Assembly: GCF_000698785.1 (NCBI RefSeq)
Contig: NZ_CP007536.1
Location: forward strand, 900,001 to 932,000
Direction of reading: 5' to 3'
DNA length: 32,000 bases
Origin: Nitrososphaera viennensis EN76
GTDB taxonomy: Archaea > Thermoproteota > Nitrososphaeria > Nitrososphaerales > Nitrososphaeraceae
In this document: positions 23,839-30,865 of the stretch, piece after piece
How the letters are laid out: every line of letters begins with the position of its first letter
Numbering within the stretch: position 1 is the first letter of the stretch
The notes under the pieces: generated by a model
The model's input: only the letters and a program-made list of their open reading frames with translations
Told to the model about the DNA's origin: nothing
Database searches by the model: none
Made by a program: the position numbers and the translations under genes

Positions 23839-23974
23839 TCTGGCAGCCACAGCGACTTGCGCCAAGAGCCTATACCCTTTGCGTAGTCCTCTGACGGATC
23901 GTGCTTTCCAGTTCGGCACAGTCTATACGCAGAAAAACGATTTAAGACTTTCTGTCATTTTTGCGCAGCAAGAG

Positions 23975-25123
23975 CTAGGCCCGATAGCTGACAAGATACG
24001 GGTCTGGCTGGTAGAACTGCCCGTATTTTGCCGCCAGATCCTGCAACGTCCTGACCACGTCCTGCGGGCCAAACTCCTGCACGGTCGCAAACAGCTCCTT
24101 CTTCAGGCCCATGCCTAGCTTTAATGCCTTTTCAAGCTCTGCCCTGTCGCAGACGCCGTTTGTAATCAGCCACGCGGCGTTGTTTGCCGCCACTGCGAGC
24201 AGTTTTATCGGGTTGTACGTCGCTGCTTCCTGCTCCGTCAGGTTGACGCGCTCGTACTTGTCGCCCTTGTACTCGTAAAAGCCCTTGCCGGTCTTTTGGC
24301 CCAGATTCTTTTCCTCAAACAGCTGCTTGACTTTGGGGTGTGGGAAAATGACTTTGGTATCGCGCATGTGCATCTCGACGGTTGCCTTGTGTATCACGTC
24401 AAGGCCCGTGTAATCTGCTAGCTCGAATATGCCCATCGGAAACGACATCCGGAACTTGACTGCCGAGTCTATCTGCGTCATGGAGGCGTTGTCGCGCTCC
24501 ATGCAGTACACAGCCTCGTGCACCAGCGGGATAAAGACCCGGTTTACGATAAAGCCGGGCACGTCCTTTTTGCACAGGACCGGCTGCTTGCCCACCTTTT
24601 TGCAATAGTCCATCGCCATGTCGACCATGCCGGCGTTGCTCTTTGCGCCCGGTATGACCTCGACTAGCGGCATCAGCTGCGGCGGGTTGAAAAAGTGCAG
24701 GCCGATAAAGCGCTCAGGCCTGCTCGTGAGCGCGGCCATGTCGGTTATCGGGAGCGTGCTCGTATTGGAAGCATAGAGGGTCTTGTCCTCTGCAAAGCTG
24801 TCCACCTCTGCGTACACTTTTTTCTTCAGGTTCATGTCCTCCGGCACCGCCTCGATGAGCAGGTCTGCGCCCTTTAGCGCAGTCTTTAGGTCAACGACAG
24901 GCGTGATTCGTGCAAATATCTTGTCTGCGTCCTGCTGCGACAGCTTTTGCTTTTCGACCAGCTTGTTGAGCGACCATCGGATCTTTTCCATCGCCTTGTC
25001 AAGGAATGACTGCTCGATGTCGCGGAGCGTAACTGTGTAGCCGGCCATCGCTGAAACCTGTGCGATGCCGTGGCCCATAACGCCAGAGCCAAGGACGGTT
25101 ATCTTGTTTATTGAGACGGACAT
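23975..25123 (-). CDS. hbd: 3-hydroxyacyl-CoA (3-hydroxybutyryl-CoA) dehydrogenase, NAD-binding
   Basis: [16 protein letters not shown] is the Rossmann GxGxxG. Also present are [20 protein letters not shown] and [14 protein letters not shown]. At 382 aa it has the extended C-terminal domain. Confidence 0.85.
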   Translation of the reverse strand: MSVSINKITVLGSGVMGHGIAQVSAMAGYTVTLRDIEQSFLDKAMEKIRWSLNKLVEKQKLSQQDADKIFARITPVVDLKTALKGADLLIEAVPEDMNLKKKVYAEVDSFAEDKTLYASNTSTLPITDMAALTSRPERFIGLHFFNPPQLMPLVEVIPGAKSNAGMVDMAMDYCKKVGKQPVLCKKDVPGFIVNRVFIPLVHEAVYCMERDNASMTQIDSAVKFRMSFPMGIFELADYTGLDVIHKATVEMHMRDTKVIFPHPKVKQLFEEKNLGQKTGKGFYEYKGDKYERVNLTEQEAATYNPIKLLAVAANNAAWLITNGVCDRAELEKALKLGMGLKKELFATVQEFGPQDVVRTLQDLAAKYGQFYQPDPYLVSYRA

Positions 25124-25216
25124 GTACAGCTATGCACATACTGCACGGTGATTTTTAATGTTGCTATCATCACGCCAACACTTAAAAGACGGAGAAAAAG
25201 AATCGAACAAGCGTAT

Positions 25217-25375
25217 ATGGCTGCGCGTAAGAACACGTCGCGCAAAAAGCGACTGATGAAAAAGACCAGGCAGAACCAGCCGGTTCCGGCATGGGTTATC
25301 ATCAGGACCAGCAGGAAGGTCAGGACCAACCCCAAGCGCAGGCTTTGGCGCAGGTCCGATGTCAGAGTTGGATAA
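25217..25375 (+). CDS. rpl39e: Ribosomal protein L39e
   Basis: [52 protein letters not shown]. The track ORF starts upstream at 25148, but the ATG at 25217 gives the canonical ~52-aa protein. Confidence 0.9.
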   Translation: MAARKNTSRKKRLMKKTRQNQPVPAWVIIRTSRKVRTNPKRRLWRRSDVRVG

Positions 25376-25390
25376 GAAGTGAAATAAAAA

Positions 25391-25783
25391 ATGTCAACAG
25401 TAGAAGAAAACGTTACCCGCGTTTACACTATCAACCTCGGAAGGGCATGGCTCACACCAGAGCACAAGAGGACCGACCGGGTTGTCAACATGATAAGGGA
25501 ATTCGCCGAAAAGCACATGAAGTCCAGCGAGGTCAAGCTGGACCAGGATCTCAACAGGCAGATCTGGTCCCGCGGCAAGACCAACCCGCCAAGAAAGGTC
25601 AGGGTCAAGATGGTCAAGGACGAGGACGACGTCGTCACGGTCTCCTTGTACGAGGAGCCGGCCGAGTCTGCGCCGGCCCCGGCACCGGCAGCAACGACAA
25701 CAACGGAAACGCCAGCTATGACAACAGAGGCCAAGCCAGCAGCAGAAGAGACGAAGGCAGAAGAAGAGAAGAAGACGCAATAG
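25391..25783 (+). CDS. rpl31e: Ribosomal protein L31e with a ~40-aa Ala/Pro/Thr/Glu-rich C-terminal tail
   Basis: RVYTINLGRAW...KRTDRVVNMIREFAEKHMK...LNRQIWSRGKTNPPRKVRVKM is the L31e core. The tail is EEPAESAPAPAPAATTTTETPAMTTEAKPAAEETKAEEEKKTQ. Confidence 0.9.
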   Translation: MSTVEENVTRVYTINLGRAWLTPEHKRTDRVVNMIREFAEKHMKSSEVKLDQDLNRQIWSRGKTNPPRKVRVKMVKDEDDVVTVSLYEEPAESAPAPAPAATTTTETPAMTTEAKPAAEETKAEEEKKTQ

Positions 25784-25794
25784 TAGTAAAGTAA

Positions 25795-25938
25795 ATGATT
25801 GACGTCTGCCCCGTCTGCTACAAATTTTTACAGACGATTTACGACAAGAAAAAGATGAAAGAAGTCAGGCTAGCGCAAGACAAGGAATGCAAGAGCATGT
25901 ACCACAAGAAGCTGACAGACTCGTTCAAGACTTCTTAG
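25795..25938 (+). CDS. Possible small Cys-containing protein (47 aa) following rpl31e
   Basis: My translation is MIDVCPVCYKFLQTIYDKKKMKEVRLAQDKECKSMYHKKLTDSFKTS. It starts 11 nt after the L31e stop. It overlaps the 3' end of the convergent zinc-ribbon ORF by 14 nt. It is short and unverified. Confidence 0.25.
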   Translation: MIDVCPVCYKFLQTIYDKKKMKEVRLAQDKECKSMYHKKLTDSFKTS

Positions 25939-26119
25939 CGTAGCTGCAGATCTCGCACTTTTCAAAAACGGTGCCGTCGAGGTGGTCAAAGTGGGCGCCG
26001 CAGTCCTTGCAGGTGTGGTGGATGTCAAGGTACCCGTCGGGCGCGGTAAAGCTCTTGCCTTCCAGCTTTTGGCCCTTGCACACTATGCACCGGCAGCCAC
26101 AGTGGATTATTCCTTCCAA
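25925..26119 (-). CDS. Small multi-Cys zinc-ribbon protein (64 aa) immediately downstream of the FtsZ-like gene
   Basis: TTG start. Cys clusters are HCGCRCIVC, CKDC and CEIC. TTATTATAG lies about 25-30 nt upstream, within the 36-nt spacer after the FtsZ-like stop. Confidence 0.5.
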   Translation of the reverse strand: MEGIIHCGCRCIVCKGQKLEGKSFTAPDGYLDIHHTCKDCGAHFDHLDGTVFEKCEICSYAKKS

Positions 26120-26155
26120 CGCTCATCCAAGCGGCGGTTTTCTATAATAACTAAC

Positions 26156-27127
26156 CTATTCGATGATCGGGATTGCAAGCTCCAAATCGGGCGCCGAGTC
26201 CGGCTCGTCCCAGTCAAGGTGGCTGTCTGCTGAAAAGATCTCGCCAAGCGGGTCGTACGCGTCAAAGCGGGTCTTTTGCGGCGCCGATGCAACCACATGC
26301 ACGCGCACGCCGCCGTCACTTGCCGCAACAGAGGACATTGCGATCTCTGTCGTCCCCTCCTCCTTGAATATGCCCTGCGCATGGCCCACCAGCTGGTTCA
26401 ACTGAGAGATTGGAAGGTTTTCACCCCCCATGACGTACACAACGGTGCGCCTGATGGCGTCGGTATCGGCGATGTCCTGGTACAGCATCGAGACAGAGTC
26501 CCGGAGGGACGCCTGCGAGTCGTCTGACGCCTTGCTGGTCGACAGTATGTTCATGTCTGGCCTGACGCTCCTTGAGGCAAGGGACGATGCCACCTCGACG
26601 ATGGCGCTGTTGGTGATAGAGTAGCATTCTTCCTTTGAGAGCTCGGGGTTGTTGTCGAGGAACGCGTCGTTGTCCATCACGACTGTCGAGTGAGACGCCT
26701 CTCGCATCCTCCTCAGAGACACGCCTGCAGAAAATACGCGGTCCTTCTCAAACCCAAAAGGCATTATGGCAAAAGAGATGACGGTGCTTGCATTGCAGGC
26801 GGTGCTGCAGACTACAGGCGCCATCGCCGCGCCTGCCCTTCCTGCAAGGTTTGCTATTACGATGACGGTGCCAAAGCCCTCAAGCTTGGCACGGATCTGC
26901 TCTTGCTTTGCAGATGCAAAAGACCTCAGCTTGTAGGTCGAAGGGTTGACCCACTTGCCGGAATTAATGAAAATAGAATTATTGCTGTCCTCAAGGTCGC
27001 GCTTGTCATTGCTCACCAAGAGGCATTCGCAGCCAATTGCCTGGCTGGCCTTTTTTGCCAGCCTGCTTCCGGCGCCGCCGATCCCGACAACAAGTAGTGG
27101 ATTTTTGATCAAAATATCTTCGGACAC
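26156..27127 (-). CDS. Divergent FtsZ/tubulin-superfamily protein with degenerate GTP-binding signature
   Basis: GTG start. The N-terminal LLVVGIGGAGSRLA corresponds to VIGVGGGGSNAV of FtsZ. Colinear blocks are ISFAIMPFGFEKDR (FtsZ VTKPFxFEGxxR), VVMDNDAFL and VVYVMGGENLPISQ. The T4 signature GGGTGTG is replaced by AGRAGAA (26825-26845). Confidence 0.75.
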   Translation of the reverse strand: MSEDILIKNPLLVVGIGGAGSRLAKKASQAIGCECLLVSNDKRDLEDSNNSIFINSGKWVNPSTYKLRSFASAKQEQIRAKLEGFGTVIVIANLAGRAGAAMAPVVCSTACNASTVISFAIMPFGFEKDRVFSAGVSLRRMREASHSTVVMDNDAFLDNNPELSKEECYSITNSAIVEVASSLASRSVRPDMNILSTSKASDDSQASLRDSVSMLYQDIADTDAIRRTVVYVMGGENLPISQLNQLVGHAQGIFKEEGTTEIAMSSVAASDGGVRVHVVASAPQKTRFDAYDPLGEIFSADSHLDWDEPDSAPDLELAIPIIE

Positions 27128-27222
27128 GATCCCCCGATCTCCCCCTGCAACAGTAGCTCGCGAAAGTTAAAAAGCTTTGGAGATTAGCAGCTGGCCGCGC
27201 GTGGTGTAACAAGTTTGAGCTG

Positions 27223-28578
27223 TTACAGGATCGCGCGGGCTTTCAAAGAAAAGCTGGAAAAATCGTAAACCTCGACGCGTATTTTTTCACCCAGCTTGAA
27301 ATCGTCCGGCTTGCCGGCAAGCACCACGGATTTGTAGGCATGGTTCCTGCCCTGAGCGACCTTGCCAAGCTCGTCGATGACGATCTCCCCCTGCCAGCCC
27401 TTCCACGAGGCGTTTCGCTTTTTCGCAATGTCGCGCACAAGCTTCGTAAGCCGCTCTGACCTTTCTTTTGCGACCTGCGAACTCACCTTCTTTAACTTGG
27501 CAGATTCCGTCCCCGGCCGGGCGCTGTACCGGGAGATGTTGACAACGTCAGGCTGCGTCTCTTTGAGAAGGTCAAGCGTCTGTCGGAAGTCTTCCTCAGT
27601 CTCGGTAGGAAATCCGACGATGATGTCGGTCGATACTGTAAAGTCGGGCATTTTTGCCCTCAATGTTTTTACCGCGTCTGAAAACACCCGCGCTGTGTGG
27701 CCGCGCTTCATCTTTCTCAATATCCTTTCGCTCCCGCTCTGCACTGGCATGTGGATGAACCGGAACAGCCTCTCATTTTGGGCATAGGCGTCGGCAATCT
27801 CGCCCATCATGTCGGGCATGTACTGCGGGTTCAGCATCCCGACGCGGATCTTGAAGTCGCCGTCAATCCCGGCGCACGCCCTCAATAGCTCTGCCAGGTT
27901 TGTCCCCATGTCGCGGCCGTAGCAGCCGCTGTCAGTCGAGGTGAGCCACACCTCCTTGCATCCTGCGTCGACGTCGTCCCTCACCTGCCTTGCAATGTCT
28001 CCGATCCTGTAGCTGTGGAGCCACCCCTTGGCAAGCTTTGTCTGGCAGAACGTGCACTCGCTCATGCACCCGCTTGCAATCTCGACGATGCTCACCACGG
28101 GGTTTATCCTGACCCTCGGCACGTTGACCTTGTCAACTGGAGAATCCTCAAGTGCGACCAGGCGGCTGCCGGAAAACGCCGAGCCGACGACGTCCGCGGA
28201 CCGGTCGATAGAGTGCGGCCCCATGAGGCTTGCCATCGGGCTGAGCGACTCGACCATCGCCCTGTCAGCCTTTGGGAGGCAGCCCGCAACGACGAGGGGC
28301 TTGCCGGTCCTGCTCAGCTGCTTTATGCGGTGGACCATCTTGTGCTCTGTCGTGTCCTTTACAGAGCACGTGACGATGAGGTTGAGCGAGCCTTCCTTCC
28401 TGCTTGACGCAATTTCATAGCCGGCGCTCTTTAAAAGCCCGGTTATCATTTCCGAGTCTGCCATGCTGGCAGAGCAGCCGTACGCCTCTATCCACACCTT
28501 GCCCTTTGCAGGTTCTTCTTGCCTCTTGATGAGGTGTATTGACTCTATGAGCTTGGGCTTGAGCGACCGGACGTACAT
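27223..28578 (-). CDS. Archaeal/eukaryal-type radical-SAM methylthiotransferase (MiaB-like, CDKAL1/MtaB-type tRNA modification enzyme)
   Basis: The N-terminal UPF0004 domain has the WIEAYGCSASMADSE block. The radical-SAM motif is CMSECTFC (CxxxCxxC). A C-terminal TRAM-like domain is present. Confidence 0.85.
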   Translation of the reverse strand: MYVRSLKPKLIESIHLIKRQEEPAKGKVWIEAYGCSASMADSEMITGLLKSAGYEIASSRKEGSLNLIVTCSVKDTTEHKMVHRIKQLSRTGKPLVVAGCLPKADRAMVESLSPMASLMGPHSIDRSADVVGSAFSGSRLVALEDSPVDKVNVPRVRINPVVSIVEIASGCMSECTFCQTKLAKGWLHSYRIGDIARQVRDDVDAGCKEVWLTSTDSGCYGRDMGTNLAELLRACAGIDGDFKIRVGMLNPQYMPDMMGEIADAYAQNERLFRFIHMPVQSGSERILRKMKRGHTARVFSDAVKTLRAKMPDFTVSTDIIVGFPTETEEDFRQTLDLLKETQPDVVNISRYSARPGTESAKLKKVSSQVAKERSERLTKLVRDIAKKRNASWKGWQGEIVIDELGKVAQGRNHAYKSVVLAGKPDDFKLGEKIRVEVYDFSSFSLKARAIL

Positions 28579-28741
28579 ATATACGGCATCTGGTAGCGCG
28601 CATTGGTTTAAAAATCATGTGTCTTTTGGAAATGGGTCTTTTGGTTTTGGCAGGGCGGTATTGATTGTTGTAGAAAAAACCGTCCCAGATCCCAGCTTGC
28701 GTGGCAGGCACTGACGACGCCGTTGCCAGCCCGGTACAGGA

Positions 28742-29101
28742 TCATGCGTGATGCCTGTTCTGCGACCAGATCTCTGAGAGGATGGCTACGTAGGTCGTGA
28801 CAAGCGCCCCGGACTCCATCGCGTCGCGGTGGTTTTCCATGTCGTTTCCAAGCGCCATAGTGAGCGCCTTTGGCATCTTCAGGTACTCGTTCATGTATAT
28901 CAAAAGCGAGTAGTACATCAGCTTCATCACTTCCGCGGGGCTGTCTGCCTTTACCTTCATGTTGTCAATCACGTTGGAGGCTACGAGCGAGAACTGCGGC
29001 GACAGGAGCGCCCTGTCCCCGTCAAGCCTTATTGCGCCCATGTAGAGCAGGTCCTCGATTGCAGAGGCCGCCTCTTCGACTCGGTTTTGTTCTCCTGACA
29101 A
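28742..29101 (-). CDS. Hypothetical helical protein (119 aa); second gene of a two-gene unit
   Basis: TTG start 27 nt after the stop of 29129..29521, preceded by an SD-like AGAGGAGA. A T6 tract follows on the coding strand. No family recognised. Confidence 0.5.
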   Translation of the reverse strand: MSGEQNRVEEAASAIEDLLYMGAIRLDGDRALLSPQFSLVASNVIDNMKVKADSPAEVMKLMYYSLLIYMNEYLKMPKALTMALGNDMENHRDAMESGALVTTYVAILSEIWSQNRHHA

Positions 29102-29128
29102 TACGCTATCAATTATCTCCTCTTTGCA

Positions 29129-29521
29129 CTATTTTAGATTGCCCGCGACGACGCTCTTGTAGTTCGCAACAAAGTCAGGGTCCACTATCCCCTGCACGAC
29201 GTACGGCTGCCCGGTAGAAAGCACGATGTCCATGGCGACTGCGCTGTACGGGATGTCAAACATCTCGACCTTGGCAGGGTCGTCCACCTCGAGGAGCTTG
29301 TCGCATTTGCCGCCCTCGCATGCAAAGCCGTACACCTTGCCTATCTTCCGGTGGCCCGAGCCTGCCGCGCGGCCGCCTGCCGACCCGCGCGATTCTTCGA
29401 CCATCAGGACAAAAATTTCATTCTTGGCAGGCTTGTTCAGGTAAACGTCACTCTGCGCCACTACGAGCTTGCGCTGGGGCAGCTGCAAAATCACATCCAG
29501 AGATTCAGAAGTAGCAGACAT
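29129..29521 (-). CDS. Hypothetical protein (130 aa) with a Gly/Arg-rich internal loop
   Basis: ATG with TTATAA about 28 nt upstream. The loop is EESRGSAGGRAAGSGHRK. No family recognised. Confidence 0.55.
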   Translation of the reverse strand: MSATSESLDVILQLPQRKLVVAQSDVYLNKPAKNEIFVLMVEESRGSAGGRAAGSGHRKIGKVYGFACEGGKCDKLLEVDDPAKVEMFDIPYSAVAMDIVLSTGQPYVVQGIVDPDFVANYKSVVAGNLK

Positions 29522-29578
29522 TTGCGATTAGTGCAAGACCGCGTTATAATAGACTAGCGCGCTCGTACTCCCGGCGTT

Positions 29579-29767
29579 TTACGGCCCTTGCTTTTTTCGC
29601 AGCTTCTTTATCGACCATGGGAGGCCAAAAGTTATTGGCAGGAAGAAAAGGAAAAAGTAAATCCCATAGAGCACCAGCATAACCACCGATATGATTATGG
29701 TTGCAGCCGAGGCTACAAGCAGGACAAGCGATAGTGTTCTGCCGCCATCGTTGTCGATGGACATCAT
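29579..29767 (-). CDS. Small two-TM membrane protein (62 aa)
   Basis: MMSIDNDGGRTLSLVLLVASAATIIISVVMLVLYGIYFFLFFLPITFGLPW.... TTAATAG lies about 27 nt upstream. I prefer it over the overlapping 96-aa ORF in another frame. Confidence 0.45.
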   Translation of the reverse strand: MMSIDNDGGRTLSLVLLVASAATIIISVVMLVLYGIYFFLFFLPITFGLPWSIKKLRKKQGP

Positions 29768-29926
29768 GCAATATTACGCAGGTTTTGCTATTAATCATTG
29801 ACCTTGCAGGTAAAGAGACCATAGTCACGCGCAAACAACACTACACCACAGACACTGCTGGAGCATAAGGCATGTGACTTTGGTTGCCTGAGCGAAATCA
29901 GTCAGTTTATGCTCTTGATATTTTTG

Positions 29927-30223
29927 TCAGGCCTTGCCCATCGCCAAAGCGATCCCCTTTTTCAAGTCATTAATCGTCATCGCAGGGTGTAACTCGACCT
30001 TGGCTCCGAGCATGAACAGGGGCTCTGCCACTGCAGGCATCATGTCGATGCTTGGCAAGTCAAGCACAAACACGGCAGTCCTGTCGCCATTCAGTTCCAT
30101 AAAGTACGCGGCCTCGGCCTTGTTGGCCTTGATGTAGTTTTCCATGCTGGAAACAAAGTTCGGATCCTTGACCATCTTGTTGCCTGCTTCGGTAGGCATG
30201 ATTGCTCTTATGACAAACCTCAT
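29927..30223 (-). CDS. Small conserved-looking hypothetical protein (98 aa), possibly a dimeric alpha/beta-barrel (DUF3303-like)
   Basis: MRFVIRAIMPTEAGNKMVKDPNF...AYFMELNGDRTAVFVLDL.... The family assignment is only a by-eye impression. Confidence 0.5.
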   Translation of the reverse strand: MRFVIRAIMPTEAGNKMVKDPNFVSSMENYIKANKAEAAYFMELNGDRTAVFVLDLPSIDMMPAVAEPLFMLGAKVELHPAMTINDLKKGIALAMGKA

Positions 30224-30310
30224 GTCAGACAGTAATAGAGGACGGTTGATTTCAAGCGTCGCAAGAGAATCATCGCAATAGATATAATATCTGAAGCACG
30301 ATCTTGAGGC

Positions 30311-30865
30311 ATGGCACGAACACTTTCATCCCCGCAGGTCCTGAAAACGGGCGCAAGTGCACCCGATTTCCAATTAAAGGGCGTCGACGGCAAGATGCAC
30401 TCGCTCTCCGAGTACAAGGGCAAGGCGACGCTTGTTGTTTTCATCTGCAACCACTGCCCCTTTGTCAAGGCAAGGATAGGCGACATCGTCGCGCTCCAGT
30501 CCAAATTCAAGCCTTCTGAACTGCAGGTCGTCGGAATAAACAGCAACGACCCAAGCTACCAGGACGAGGGTTTTGACAACATGGTCAAGTTCTCCAAGGA
30601 ATACGGCCTGAATTTCCCGTACCTGATCGACGAGAGTCAGGACATCGCGCGGGCGTATGGCGCGGTGTGCACGCCAGACCCGTTCCTCTTTGTCGACGGC
30701 AAGCTGGCATTCCACGGCAGGATAAACGACGCGATGGAGCCGGAGGCCAGGCCGACCGTGCCGGTAATGGAGAACAACGTGCGTACGCTCCTCTCTGGCA
30801 AAAAGCTGGAAAAGGATTTCGACCCGTCTATCGGCTGCTCGATCAAGTGGAAAAATAATAACTAG
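30311..30865 (+). CDS. Thioredoxin-fold redoxin (AhpC/TSA-type thiol-disulfide oxidoreductase family)
   Basis: APDFQLKGVDGKMHSLSEYKGKATLVVFICNHCPFV (CxxC), then VVGINSND and FPYLIDESQDIARAYG. GATATAATATC lies about 28 nt upstream of the ATG. Confidence 0.8.
   Translation: MARTLSSPQVLKTGASAPDFQLKGVDGKMHSLSEYKGKATLVVFICNHCPFVKARIGDIVALQSKFKPSELQVVGINSNDPSYQDEGFDNMVKFSKEYGLNFPYLIDESQDIARAYGAVCTPDPFLFVDGKLAFHGRINDAMEPEARPTVPVMENNVRTLLSGKKLEKDFDPSIGCSIKWKNNN

Noticed and set aside
25291-25794. 167-aa Arg/Gly/Gln-rich plus-strand ORF and minus-strand ORFs over the L31e gene
   Set aside because: These are alternative frames of the clearly recognisable rpl39e and rpl31e genes.
29544-29834. 96-aa minus-strand ORF overlapping the 62-aa two-TM ORF
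   Set aside because: It is in a different frame from the small membrane ORF, which has a correctly spaced TTAATAG box. It has no promoter-like element of its own. This call is of modest confidence.
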